Source: an uncultured virus (IMG/VR IMGVR_UViG_2894484731_000002) (lineage: Duplodnaviria > Heunggongvirae > Uroviricota > Caudoviricetes). Taken from it: DNA of 64,000 nt. The notes below the pieces were generated by a model. That model was not told the DNA's origin, did no database searches, and saw only the letters and a program-made list of their open reading frames with translations. How positions within the stretch are numbered: position 1 is the stretch's first letter; each line of letters begins with the position of its first letter. The translations under genes and the position numbers were made by a program. This document shows, in pieces, positions 1 to 9,754 of the stretch. Location of the stretch: the IMG/VR virus record IMGVR_UViG_2894484731_000002; one strand, given 5' to 3'.

Positions 1-501
1 TCACGGCCCCGCCACCCCCCGCTGCCCGCCCGGCCCCGCCGCATCCCCGGGCGCCTCGGCGGTGACCTCGCACAGCACCCGGGCGGCGTCGTGGATGCCC
101 CGCACCTGCTCCGGCGGCAGCTCGCGGAGCCGGTCCCGCAGCCGGTCCAGGTCACCCCGGAAGGCCAGGCCCATCGCGCCCGACGCCTGCATGGTGCGGT
201 GCGTCACCTCCATGCTCCGCCCGATCGCGCTGACCGCCTGGGCGAACGCCAGCAGCGGGTCCGGCGGCGGGTCGCCGTCGCGTTCCCACACCAGTTCGCG
301 GGGGCTGGTCCACAGGTGCTCCCCGTGGTCCCAGGCGATGTTAACCGAGCAGCAGTTCCCCGACACGTCGGAGTCGTGCACGCGGCCCGCCCCCGGCCTA
401 CCCTCCGGCCGGGGGGCGACCTCACCCGCCCAGTCCAGGTACAGGTGGCGGACGCGTCGGCCGACGGGCAGAACCTGCTTGGCCTCATCCAGCGTGATCA
501 C
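1..501 (-). CDS. hypothetical protein
   Basis: GTG start (VITLDEAK...) after purine-rich GAAGGGAAG; stop at 1-3; GC3-rich codons. Confidence 0.6.
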   Translation of the reverse strand: MITLDEAKQVLPVGRRVRHLYLDWAGEVAPRPEGRPGAGRVHDSDVSGNCCSVNIAWDHGEHLWTSPRELVWERDGDPPPDPLLAFAQAVSAIGRSMEVTHRTMQASGAMGLAFRGDLDRLRDRLRELPPEQVRGIHDAARVLCEVTAEAPGDAAGPGGQRGVAGP

Positions 502-776
502 AACGCGGCTTCCCTTCGCGGGGCGACGGTGCAGCGCATTACACCACCCGCCGCGGCCCGCCCGCCTGCGTCTTCGCCGAAGACACGGACGCGAGTGTGA
601 CGGGGCGGCTACGCTCGGCCACGCAACCAGCCCCCTCGGCGATCTCGACGCTCCAACGCCGCGGGGGCCGGCTACCCGTATGACGCGGCCCCCCGGACGG
701 TCACCCACCGGGGACGCGCCGCGCCGCACGCGGGGCTCGGGCCTCCTGGGGTTGGCCCGAGGCCTCCCGCGCCCCG

Positions 777-929
777 TCAGTCCGGGCGGCGCATCAGCTC
801 GCGGGGAGTGGGCACGCCTTCCCGGTTCAGGTGCTCGGCCAGCTCCTCGGTGTCGAACACCCCGTCGGCGTACAGCGCGTACACCTCGCGCACCACCTCG
901 GCCTGGGCCATATGCAGTCCGCGCTCCAT
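777..929 (-). CDS. small protein resembling the recombinase (RD) DNA-binding segment of large serine recombinases
   Basis: QAEVVREVYALYADG...LAEHLNREGVPTPR resembles the LSR 'EAEVVRxIF...IAxxLNxxGxPT' motif. Confidence 0.5.
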   Translation of the reverse strand: MERGLHMAQAEVVREVYALYADGVFDTEELAEHLNREGVPTPRELMRRPD

Positions 930-958
930 GCCAGCACGGTAGGCCGCCCCCCGCCCGG

Positions 959-995
959 TGTGACACAAGTTGGCACTTGTTGGCAGAAGTTGACA
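959..995. repeat. four direct repeats, core TGRCA, 10-bp period
   Basis: TGTGACA caa GTTGGCA ctt GTTGGCA gaa GTTGACA. Confidence 0.6.
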
Positions 996-1140
996 CCCCG
1001 CCGGTGGGCTCACCTGCGCCGCAGCAGCGCGAGCAGCCTCCGCGCCCACGCGGGCGGCGTGTACGCAAGGTCGCACACCACGCCGGACCGCAGCTGGAAC
1101 GTCCTGGCGTACGTGAACGACCGGCCCGCCCCGGCGCCGC

Positions 1141-1752
1141 TCACAGGCCCTCCCGCTGCGCGTGCAGGTCCAGCACCCGCACCCCACCGGCGGCCGACTC
1201 CAGCGCGTCAACCGTCTCCCCAAGGTCGGCGTCATCGGCGTCGACCCGCCCGAACAGGTCCCGCACCACGGGGACCAGCGCGGTCAGCCCCTCGGCCAGG
1301 TCGTGCACCACCTCGGCGACGTCCGGGGTGCGGGCCACGTCGACCGCGCCCAGCCGCACCGCCGCGGTGCGCAGCAACGCCGCCGCGGCGGCGCCGCTGT
1401 CGTCGCCGGCCAGCCGGGCCAGCGTCTCGAGCTCCAGGCGCTGCTCCTGGTCGGCGACCGCCGCCAGGACGCGGGCGACCAGGTCGCCCTCCGCGCCGCG
1501 CGGCGCGGCGACCAGCCCGATCAGGCACCGGGCGAACCGCTCCTCCAAGGTCGCGGCGCGCAGCCGCGCCTCGCGCAGCGCGGGTGGCACCCCGAACCCG
1601 GGCGGGGCGTCGCCCTCCGCTTGGGCCAGGTCGGCCTGCGCGGCCTGCATCTGGCGGCGCAGCAGCGACAGCTCCCCGTCGTGGAACCACAAGGGTGCCG
1701 ACCCCTCGGGCGGCCCCGCCACCAGGTCATCGTCCATCGGGTGATCGGTCAT
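1141..1752 (-). CDS. hypothetical protein
   Basis: ATG start (MTDHPM...), helical Ala/Leu-rich ORF within a minus-strand gene run. Confidence 0.65.
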   Translation of the reverse strand: MTDHPMDDDLVAGPPEGSAPLWFHDGELSLLRRQMQAAQADLAQAEGDAPPGFGVPPALREARLRAATLEERFARCLIGLVAAPRGAEGDLVARVLAAVADQEQRLELETLARLAGDDSGAAAAALLRTAAVRLGAVDVARTPDVAEVVHDLAEGLTALVPVVRDLFGRVDADDADLGETVDALESAAGGVRVLDLHAQREGL

Positions 1753-1766
1753 GGTCAGTCCTTCCG

Positions 1767-2123
1767 TCAGTCGGCGGGTTTGAACAGCTGCGTGTCGGGG
1801 TCCCACACGAACAGCCCGACCTCGATCAGGTCGAAGATTTCACGCTTGTCGACGCCGTACCGTTCGGCGGCGATGTCCTGGGGCCAGCGGCCCCACCACA
1901 TCGACGGCTTGTCGTCGATGACGCCGCCGAACACCTCGCACCCGGGCGGCTCGTGGCAGTCGTACCGCTGCCCGCCGCAGTACGGGCACCGCGCCTTGGC
2001 GCACCCGGGCCGGTGCGGCTCGTTCATCGCGGCGTGGCAGCCGCCGCACAGGCTCGACAGGTCATTGGGCACGGTCATCGACCGGCGGACGTACCGCCCG
2101 TCGGCGGGCGGGTCCTCACCCAC
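1767..2123 (-). CDS. Cys-rich hypothetical protein (possible Zn-binding)
   Basis: CGGC...HRPGC...CPYCGGQ...C motifs. Confidence 0.6.
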   Translation of the reverse strand: MGEDPPADGRYVRRSMTVPNDLSSLCGGCHAAMNEPHRPGCAKARCPYCGGQRYDCHEPPGCEVFGGVIDDKPSMWWGRWPQDIAAERYGVDKREIFDLIEVGLFVWDPDTQLFKPAD

Positions 2124-2523
2124 CGGCCTGCTCCCCGCCGGGGGTGTCGATCGCGACCGCATGCCGCCACATCCCGCCCGGGGTCCGCTCGTAGTGGCCG
2201 GGCTCGAAGCTGCCCGCCTGCAGCACGATCTCCAGCACCAGGCCCAGCTCACCCCGCAGCCGGTCGTAGCGGTCCACGTCCTCGTCGTCGTAGCCGCCGT
2301 CGGTGCGGCCGTCGACGATCTCCGCCATGTCGGCGTACACGTCGTCGCTGTCCCCGAACGGGTGCCTGCGGTCCAGGCTGGGGGCCCCGACGTCGCGGTG
2401 CCCCTCCCACGCGGTGTTGGCGCGGCGCAGCAGCCGGATGTGCTCGGGCCGCACCTCGAACTGGTGGGCGTCCCGCAGGCCCCGCCACACGTCGTACGGG
2501 CTCCACTCGTCGTCGGTGGTCAT
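2116..2523 (-). CDS. hypothetical protein
   Basis: ATG with GGAAGG SD; 135-aa ORF with normal composition. Confidence 0.7.
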   Translation of the reverse strand: MTTDDEWSPYDVWRGLRDAHQFEVRPEHIRLLRRANTAWEGHRDVGAPSLDRRHPFGDSDDVYADMAEIVDGRTDGGYDDEDVDRYDRLRGELGLVLEIVLQAGSFEPGHYERTPGGMWRHAVAIDTPGGEQAGG

Positions 2524-2569
2524 GCGGTGTTGATCCTTCCCGGCCGGGATCGGCCTACCAGTTAGGGGG

Positions 2570-3577
2570 TCAGCGGGCGATTGACTGCTGGCCCGAATCC
2601 GGGCCGCGCCCGCTCACCTCAGCCCGCAGGGGTTGGAGGCGGGACAGCGCGAGCCGGGGGTCGGTGAACAGCGACGGGTTCTCCTGCAGGACCTGCACCT
2701 GCTCGGGTGTGAGCTCCCGCACCACCGGCACCCCGTCGACCTTCACGATCAGGATGTTGCTGATCATGATGAGTGCGTCCGGGGTGGACTGCAGTTTGTC
2801 CAGCAGGTTGGCGACGGCCTCGCCCTGTGCCTTGGTGATCTGGGACTGCGGCTCGCCGTACCAGCGCGCCTTAGCCCCGGCTGTGAACGCGTCGCCGGCC
2901 TGATCCAGCCGGTCCGGTTCCACCTGCCGTTTGAACGCGGCCGTTATTACCTGCCATACGGACCCGCGAATGGGAGGGCTGCTGCGGACTGGGGCCAGGC
3001 CGAACGCCTCCATGGCGTCGTCGAGTGCCTCGCGCACGTCGTTGTATGCGTCGTCGTTGGAGACGTACAGCACAATGGGAGACAGTTGCTCAGCGTCGTC
3101 CATGTCTATGGCCTCGTCCAACAGTGCGAGGCTGATCCAGCCCTTCACTGCCAGCTGCGGATCTTCGGACTCGATCCAGGCCAGCAGTTCGAGCTGGCCG
3201 AGGCGGTAGAGCACCACCTCAACCTTAAAACTCTTCCACCGTGTCAAGAGGACTTCCCGCAAGGCGGGCGAGGACTCCCGGACGAACGTCTTCATGCGGG
3301 ACACCAGGACTTGAACCCTGCTGGCCTGGGTGATGATATTGGCCAAGGGCAGGGAGATGCGTTCTCTCAGCTGGGCTCGTAGAGGGGTTTCCAGACGACG
3401 CCATGCCTCCAGCGCATCGGCATAGCCCGGGAGTTCCCGCACGTGCTCCGACTGCCGAGTTAGCCGACCAGTTTCGTCAAGCCAAAGGTCTTCCATCAGC
3501 CTGTCGCCGGACTCGCCGAGATCCACCCGCACAGCTGGGGGCCGCGCATCGTCTGGCCGATCAGCTTCTCCGCTCAT
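2570..3577 (-). CDS. hypothetical protein
   Basis: ATG (MSGEADRP) with AGAAAGGG SD; globular-looking ORF of slightly lower GC. Confidence 0.7.
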   Translation of the reverse strand: MSGEADRPDDARPPAVRVDLGESGDRLMEDLWLDETGRLTRQSEHVRELPGYADALEAWRRLETPLRAQLRERISLPLANIITQASRVQVLVSRMKTFVRESSPALREVLLTRWKSFKVEVVLYRLGQLELLAWIESEDPQLAVKGWISLALLDEAIDMDDAEQLSPIVLYVSNDDAYNDVREALDDAMEAFGLAPVRSSPPIRGSVWQVITAAFKRQVEPDRLDQAGDAFTAGAKARWYGEPQSQITKAQGEAVANLLDKLQSTPDALIMISNILIVKVDGVPVVRELTPEQVQVLQENPSLFTDPRLALSRLQPLRAEVSGRGPDSGQQSIAR

Positions 3578-3603
3578 GTTCTGCCCTTTCTGGAGTCGCG
3601 CGA

Positions 3604-4629
3604 CTAAAGGCCAGCGCCGCGCATCGGGTTGTTGCGCCGCTTGTCGACGGCGCGGATGTAGCGCAGCACCACCGACGAGCCGGGTTTCCACCGCCCGTGC
3701 TCGGTGATCGCCGACATGGGCGCGCGTTCCGCGTACGCCCAGCTGGCGCCGGTCGCGCGCAGCGAATGCGCGGTGACGTCCTCCGCGCCGTCGATGCCCG
3801 CCCGGACGGCCAGGCCCCGGATGATGTCGTTGACGGCGTCGCCGCCGAGCGACGGCCCCACCCGGTGGTTGCGGTAGAAGCGGCGCAGCAGCCGGCCGCC
3901 GGTGTGGCCGTGTTCGGCGAGGAACGCCGTCCACTGCCGCCACGCCCCGACCGGGTCGGTCAGCGGGTGCTCCCCGGGCGGGATGTAGACGGTCTCGCCG
4001 TGGGCGTCCTGGTCGGTCTTGCTGTGCCGGATCAGCACTTCAAGCTCGCCGTCGACCACGCGGACGTCGTCCTGGAACAGGGCGATGAGCTCCGACCGGC
4101 GGCCCATCAGGGCGACGCCCAGGTCCAGGACCAGCCTGTCACGCCACCCGGCCGGGTCGTCGGGGCACACCCCGGCCATCGCCCGGACCTGCTCGATGGT
4201 GAGGACGGGGGCCTGCCGCTGGTTGCGGCGGCCGCTCTTGGCCCGCCGCTGGCGGTAGCCGCGCAGCGCGAGCGCGGCGCCCTCCCGGTCCGGCTGCCCC
4301 TTGTACCCGGCGGTGCGGTGGCAGGTGCGGATCGCCGCCATGGCCTGCTCGATGGAGACGGGGGCCAGGCCCCGCGCGCACATGTCGGTGACGTACTCGG
4401 TGAAGGTGTGCGGGGTGGCGGGCAGCGGCACCCGGCCGGTGTGGGCGCACCAGTCCTCGAAGTCCCGCCAGTGGCGGGCGTAGGCGCGGCGCGTTTCGTC
4501 GGCGACACCCTCCGCGATCAGTTCGCGCGCCTCGTCGCCGAGTGCGAAGTCCGTGTCGGTGTAGACAGGTTCGGGGCGGGTGCGCGCAACGTCACGGCTG
4601 GGTCGTATGACCAGCTGTGCGTCACTCAT
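3604..4629 (-). CDS. tyrosine recombinase/integrase (Cre-like, N-terminal core-binding domain)
   Basis: TRRAYARHW N-terminal motif; catalytic R (GRRSEL), K (HSKTDQ), HSLR, GRW, Y (VLRY). Confidence 0.92.
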   Translation of the reverse strand: MSDAQLVIRPSRDVARTRPEPVYTDTDFALGDEARELIAEGVADETRRAYARHWRDFEDWCAHTGRVPLPATPHTFTEYVTDMCARGLAPVSIEQAMAAIRTCHRTAGYKGQPDREGAALALRGYRQRRAKSGRRNQRQAPVLTIEQVRAMAGVCPDDPAGWRDRLVLDLGVALMGRRSELIALFQDDVRVVDGELEVLIRHSKTDQDAHGETVYIPPGEHPLTDPVGAWRQWTAFLAEHGHTGGRLLRRFYRNHRVGPSLGGDAVNDIIRGLAVRAGIDGAEDVTAHSLRATGASWAYAERAPMSAITEHGRWKPGSSVVLRYIRAVDKRRNNPMRGAGL

Positions 4630-4649
4630 CCGATCCCCCTGCTTACCGG

Positions 4650-4749
4650 TGGTAATTCAGGTTATCGCGTGTATAAAGGCCGGGTAACGGAATCGAACGA
4701 GTTTCTAACGGGGCACCAAGGGCGCGTCACACACACCTATATATAGGTG
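4650..4749. promoter_or_regulatory. candidate recombinase binding/res site upstream of the integrase
   Basis: AT-rich tract with imperfect GGTAA-N6-TTATC and perfect 16-bp palindrome CACCTATATATAGGTG (4734-4749). Confidence 0.4.
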
Positions 4750-4825
4750 CGCGCCGACAACCAGCCCCCGCTCGGAACATGCCCCCACATGCCCACCCGC
4801 GCCCGTGCGCGCCTAACATGCCCGC

Positions 4826-5002
4826 ATGTCCAGGTGGGTGGGGGTCGACGGCTGGGAGGTCGCCGTGGTCGAGCTCGACGGCCGCCCCGTGTTCCGCGTG
4901 CGGCACCTCGGCTACCACATCTGCTACGCCCGGTCCGTCGCCGGCGTCGCCCAGCACGTCGACCTGGCCGACCTCGTCGAGGTGGTGGAGCTGCGCCGGT
5001 AG
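4826..5002 (+). CDS. small hypothetical protein (58 aa; not in the ORF track)
   Basis: Manual translation MSRWVGVDGWEVAVVELDGRPVFRVRHLGYHICYARSVAGVAQHVDLADLVEVVELRR*; strong GC3 bias. Confidence 0.6.
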   Translation: MSRWVGVDGWEVAVVELDGRPVFRVRHLGYHICYARSVAGVAQHVDLADLVEVVELRR

Positions 5003-5029
5003 CGGTGCACGCGCCCAGCGGCGCACGTC

Positions 5030-6331
5030 CTACCCGAACAGACCATCGGCGTCGTTGATTCGCTCGTCCACGTAGGCTGCGGCCTGGTCCCACCAGCTGC
5101 GGTAGGAGTGAGCGCTGCCGAGCGCGAGACGCAGCACACCCTCGGGCGGGTCGTGCGGCGTACGCGGCAACTCGATCACCTGGTAGGCGGCGACGCTGTT
5201 GGCGTTGAGGGACCGCAGGCGGCGCAGCGCCTCCTCACGCCACGGTTTGGGCTCTTCGTCCGGAGGCTGGGGCGACAGCAGGTGGGGCTCGATGTGCGGC
5301 CGCAGTACGTCATGCACGACGGGCAGCGCCACCCGCGCGACGTTGTCGAGATCCTTGCCTTGCTCGGGGGGCACAACGAGGAAGGTCACCTTCACCGGGA
5401 CCACGAGGGACGTGAACAGCGGGTGCCGGGCCCGGAACCCTTCCAGTTGTTCGCGGAGTGCACGGGTGAACGCGGTGGCGTCGCCGGTGGCTCGGGGCAA
5501 CGCTGGCAGCGCCGCCGTGAGCGGGTTCGACAGCAGCAGGTGCCGGCTCATCATGTACGAGTCGCGGAGCAGCGCCTCGAATGCCTCCCGCCATTCTTCG
5601 AGGCGCCGTGCGGCCGTGTCGGAGAGGCTGTCGAGGTAGGAGCACAGGCCGGTCAGGAGCGCCGCGTCTGTCCGGGCCAGGACGGCGGTCTGCGTCTGCA
5701 TCGCGTCGAAGTAGACGCTGAACTCGTCGACCCACGACCACGAGGCGCGGTCGCCGGTTGGGAGATCCAGGGCGCGATCAAGCTCGTCGCGGAGTTCCGG
5801 CGAGTAGAACGGGCTGGACTCGTCCTCTTTGGCATCCCAGTCGTCGTGGCTGAGCCGTTGGGCGAGCTGGAGGTCGGAGGCGACGTCACGGACCGGGCGG
5901 GCGACGATGGTGCTCCACCCGGGGGTTTCGCCGTCGGCAGCCTCAGGGTCCCATCCCTGGTGCAGGCCCACGTACAGGAACTTGACTTGCCGGTCGTCCC
6001 GGTAGAGCACGCTGCGCCAGCGAGGCTGGACCGCTGCGTCGGCTGCGCCGAGGAGGTCAAGGACGTGCTTGGCGAGCTGGTGGATTGCCGGCGGGTTCCT
6101 GCGTCTCGTGTAGAACTGCAGGTCCAGCGCGACGGGCCCCGTGAAGGGACGCCGCCGCCTGGTCATCAACTGGTCGAGCACCTGCTGCTGGAAAGCAACG
6201 GATGATCGTTTCCCTCTCCGGCCTTTGCGTTCGGGTTCGCCGTGCATGGACAGGTAGAGCGTGCGTGCCCAGCGGGACCGCCGTTGCAGCACCCAGAAGT
6301 TGTCCGGGACATTCCATAAGGACTGTGTCAT
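5030..6331 (-). CDS. protein with two RusA-like (Holliday junction resolvase-like) segments
   Basis: FTGPVALDLQFY...LAKHVLDLL...LYRDDRQV and PVKVTFLVVPP...KDLDNVAR resemble RusA motifs. Confidence 0.55.
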   Translation of the reverse strand: MTQSLWNVPDNFWVLQRRSRWARTLYLSMHGEPERKGRRGKRSSVAFQQQVLDQLMTRRRRPFTGPVALDLQFYTRRRNPPAIHQLAKHVLDLLGAADAAVQPRWRSVLYRDDRQVKFLYVGLHQGWDPEAADGETPGWSTIVARPVRDVASDLQLAQRLSHDDWDAKEDESSPFYSPELRDELDRALDLPTGDRASWSWVDEFSVYFDAMQTQTAVLARTDAALLTGLCSYLDSLSDTAARRLEEWREAFEALLRDSYMMSRHLLLSNPLTAALPALPRATGDATAFTRALREQLEGFRARHPLFTSLVVPVKVTFLVVPPEQGKDLDNVARVALPVVHDVLRPHIEPHLLSPQPPDEEPKPWREEALRRLRSLNANSVAAYQVIELPRTPHDPPEGVLRLALGSAHSYRSWWDQAAAYVDERINDADGLFG

Positions 6332-6708
6332 CGCCCCTCCATGACAGGCATGGGAGCACGGACACGGGCCGCGCGCCAGGCGTGCGGGTCAGGCATCCTT
6401 CGTGGTGAGCAGGCGGGCGAGGAGTTCACGCTCGGCCGGGGCCAGGTGCCCGCGCAGGGCGACGGCGATGGCCCGCACCGGCGGGTAGGGCGCCGGGTAG
6501 CCGAAGATGTTGCCGACCGTGGGGGTAAATGTCAGCCCGTGGCGCGCCGGGTTGTACAACTCCCACTCCGGGTCGCAGTACGCGTCGGCGTCTGGCGCGC
6601 GGCAGCGCGGGCCTGGGAGCGGCCCCAGGCCGCATGCCCCTGGCCCGCTGGCCGCCAGCGCGGAGCCGCGCCAAAATGCTGCGCCGCTTCACCCGAGAGG
6701 CGTCGATG

Positions 6709-7791
6709 CTACGAGGGTGCGCCGAGTGCTGTCAGGGTGCCGTCGTGGGACAGCACGATCAGTCGGCCCTCCGCGATCCCGATGCCCCGTACCTGCGGGC
6801 ACGTGGCCACGAGCTCGGGCCGCTGCGGTTGCGCGGGGTGCATCACGAAGATCTGTCCACGATCGTCGGCGAGTACCAGTCGCCCGTCTGCGCTCCGAAT
6901 GGTCCGCGACTGATACACCCTGCCCATACCGGACACCTCGAACCGCACGTCGGCGACCACACGGGCCTGCGTCAAGTCCACGGCGAGCCAGCCGTGCTCG
7001 TCGACGATGTGCAGAACCCCAGCCTGATCCAGGACACCCGTCAGCCGTGACGTGCGGGGCAGCGCAACCCTCGCCATAGGGCGGCCAGAGTCCACACTGA
7101 ACCCGACCAACTGGTTGTTGATCCGATCGTCCACCCACAACACGGCGCGGACCACCGCGACTATGTCCGCCCCCCACAGCGAACCGCCCGGCCGCCGCCA
7201 CCGCTCAAGACCGGTGCGCACGTCCAGCGACACCAGGTCACCCCGACTAGGGGCCATGTGGCTGATGCCGATGAGCTGGTCGCCTACGGGCATCACCGGT
7301 GCCTGCACAACGGGGCTGCGCCACACGATATGCCCAGTGGCCTCCTCGACCAGCTGGGTTTCGGACCAAGAGTCGTCGAAGCAGGACGCCAGCAGCCGAC
7401 CGCCAGGCAGCCCCACCACGTCGACCTCGTCAGGGTGTTCCGTGCTCTCCCACACGGGCATGGGCGGCCGCTCGGGGCTGAGCCGGTACACCATGCCCGA
7501 GTTGTCGACCACCATCAGCTGCCCGGGATACCCCGAGCCAACGACACGGACCGGCACCGGCCATCGGCCCGCGTCCGACCTAAGGTCCGGCGGGGCCGCG
7601 CCTAGGGCCAGCACGCCGTGCTCCGAGGACGTCAGCATGGCCACTCCCGACACCGAATCCAGCCGGGCTTCGCGGGTGTAAAAGCCCGTCAAGGGCACCT
7701 GCCACGCCACAGTGAGCAGGGCGTCCAGCGGCCGATCTACTACGGCCTGCCCCATGTCGTACTTGGGTGCCACGATTACGCCGGTCTGCAT
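6709..7791 (-). CDS. PQQ-binding-like beta-propeller repeat protein
   Basis: Repeats of the type EEATGHIVWR, LDVRTGLERWR, FSVDSGR, SHDGTLTAL. Confidence 0.7.
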   Translation of the reverse strand: MQTGVIVAPKYDMGQAVVDRPLDALLTVAWQVPLTGFYTREARLDSVSGVAMLTSSEHGVLALGAAPPDLRSDAGRWPVPVRVVGSGYPGQLMVVDNSGMVYRLSPERPPMPVWESTEHPDEVDVVGLPGGRLLASCFDDSWSETQLVEEATGHIVWRSPVVQAPVMPVGDQLIGISHMAPSRGDLVSLDVRTGLERWRRPGGSLWGADIVAVVRAVLWVDDRINNQLVGFSVDSGRPMARVALPRTSRLTGVLDQAGVLHIVDEHGWLAVDLTQARVVADVRFEVSGMGRVYQSRTIRSADGRLVLADDRGQIFVMHPAQPQRPELVATCPQVRGIGIAEGRLIVLSHDGTLTALGAPS

Positions 7792-8321
7792 CGGCTCATG
7801 CTATTGGCGGTGCCGGCTTGGCGCTGGAGAAACGGGTCAAGCGCCGGCACTCCGTGGCACGACGACGAAACGTGGTACGGGCCCAGCAGTTCGACAACTG
7901 GTGTAGCGGCCGCTCGCGGCCGCCCCCAGGGCGGCCGGAATAAATACCGGGCATATGCGGGTGATGCACGGGCGCAGTGCAACTTCCCCGTACACCCGTC
8001 GCCTCGGTGACGGGCATGCTACCGTCAGCGACGAGTTAGAGGTCGAACCGCTTCTCGCGAGCCCCCGGCTCCCACGACTCGACAGACCACGAACGCGGGG
8101 CCGGGGTCTCGGGTCGTTGATTGCGAATGCAGGGTCCCAGTGCAGTGCGCCGGGGCCCTGCCGCTTTCCGGGGGTTTCAGCCGTTTAGCCGGGCGGGGTG
8201 GTGGTTACTCTGAGCGGTGACACGGGCACCCTCGGTCGGCGGATTAGCGTTCATCCACCGGGGGCCTCGTTGACGCGGGCCCAGGTGGGTGGCGCCACTT
8301 CCGGCCTGGGCCCGCCCCACG

Positions 8322-8636
8322 TCACCGGCCGGGCGGGTCGCGCCGCAGCGTCTGCGCCTGCGCAGCGGCGAGGCGCAGCGCCGCCGGTTCCTGCCGCACC
8401 GCCTCCACCTGCCGCTGGTGGTCGCGTACGCGGCGCTCGGCCCCGATCGGGTCTGGCGTCCCGTAGACCACGCCGCGCAGGATGCGGTCCTGCTGCTCCC
8501 CGGTGATCCCTTCGTCGTCCAGGGCCATGGACAGGTGTCGCAGCAGGCGGCGTACCGTGTCGGCCTGCGCCGTGAAGGTTGGGTCCTGGGCGGAGATGGC
8601 GGTCAAGTCGGCGCGGTTCAGGTAGGAGCCCCACAT
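8322..8636 (-). CDS. hypothetical protein
   Basis: 104-aa ORF with GC3 bias. Confidence 0.55.
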   Translation of the reverse strand: MWGSYLNRADLTAISAQDPTFTAQADTVRRLLRHLSMALDDEGITGEQQDRILRGVVYGTPDPIGAERRVRDHQRQVEAVRQEPAALRLAAAQAQTLRRDPPGR

Positions 8637-8656
8637 GTGGTCGGCGTGGGCTGCAA

Positions 8657-9166
8657 TCAGTCGGTCTGGATAAAGCCCATTCCCGGTTCGTACTGCCGCC
8701 TCTCAAGAGAAGGGGCGGTGGACGGCGAGGGGAATGTTGCTAGGTATTCCAGTGCTGTAGTTGGCATGACGGTCTTTTTTAGGTCGCTACGGCCGATTTG
8801 ATCAGCGATGTATGCTTTATCGCCTTTATCGCACTCCGTGCGAACGGACGATATTGACATGTCTGCAGCTTCGGCTAGGGCTTTCAATCGGTATGGTTCG
8901 GGCCGAGTGAACTCGCGTGCATATGTCAGGAGTAGGCGGATTTCGTTCTTGATTTCACGTTTCTTTCTGGCAAGTTCCTGTAGCCGGGCGAGGACCGGAT
9001 CCTCGGTGGGCGAGCTCTGTGCGGCGGCAACCAGCTCACCCGCGAGAGCCTCTCGCTGCTTACGGACGGCTTTGAGTTCCTCCTCGCGCTCCTTGGGTGC
9101 TCGCCCTTCGATTGCCTCTGGATCGGGCTTGAGGATCTTAGATAGCTCTCTTGCGGCTTCCATCAT
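8657..9166 (-). CDS. hypothetical protein, possible HTH
   Basis: YRLKALAEAADMSISSVR HTH-like segment; lower GC. Confidence 0.6.
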   Translation of the reverse strand: MMEAARELSKILKPDPEAIEGRAPKEREEELKAVRKQREALAGELVAAAQSSPTEDPVLARLQELARKKREIKNEIRLLLTYAREFTRPEPYRLKALAEAADMSISSVRTECDKGDKAYIADQIGRSDLKKTVMPTTALEYLATFPSPSTAPSLERRQYEPGMGFIQTD

Positions 9167-9499
9167 GGAGCACAGTATGCGCTCAGTGTTGCGAAAAGTG
9201 CAAAGGTTTACGCCTATTTGGCGATCGAGGTGAGACGATCAAGATCTTTACCGGAAGGTAGGGGCAAGATTTTCTCTACCGAGAGGGGTAAATCCATTCC
9301 TTGTGGCCGCCACCGGGAGGAACCTCTTATGCCGTGACCTGATTACGATGCGGGGGCTCCTGCTCATGTGGCATCGTGCACTGAGGAGCACCTCAAGAGG
9401 TGCCCAAGAACACGGCGAGCGGCCTCTCTGTAGCACCAGAGAGGCCGCTCTTCGCGGTCCGGTCCCAGCTCTAGGCATGCGAAAGGAGAGGCCGCACAC

Positions 9500-9754
9500 A
9501 TGAGCGTACTCCGAGGAGCCTTCAAAGAGAAAGACAAGGAACCCCATAAGGAGCCGCAGAAGCTCCCGCAGCGGTGGGCGATCATCATGCTCGCCGCTGC
9601 GGTCGGCTGGTGGATCGTCAAGTCGGCCGCTCAGGAAGTGGTAAGTAGGCTCTCCAGTGAGGAAACGTCCGCTGCGGTTACGGTCGGAGTTCAGACTGTT
9701 GGCTTCACTACCGCAGTCGCGATCATCGGTCTCCTCAATAACATCATGGAGTAG
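9500..9754 (+). CDS. small membrane protein
   Basis: AAGGAGAGG SD; two hydrophobic segments. Confidence 0.6.
   Translation: MSVLRGAFKEKDKEPHKEPQKLPQRWAIIMLAAAVGWWIVKSAAQEVVSRLSSEETSAAVTVGVQTVGFTTAVAIIGLLNNIME

Noticed and set aside
6389..6690. Coding-like minus-strand frame (...DADAYCDPEWELYNPARHG...LLTTKDA*)
   Set aside because: No convincing start codon after the in-frame upstream stop; probably a gene remnant, too uncertain to call.
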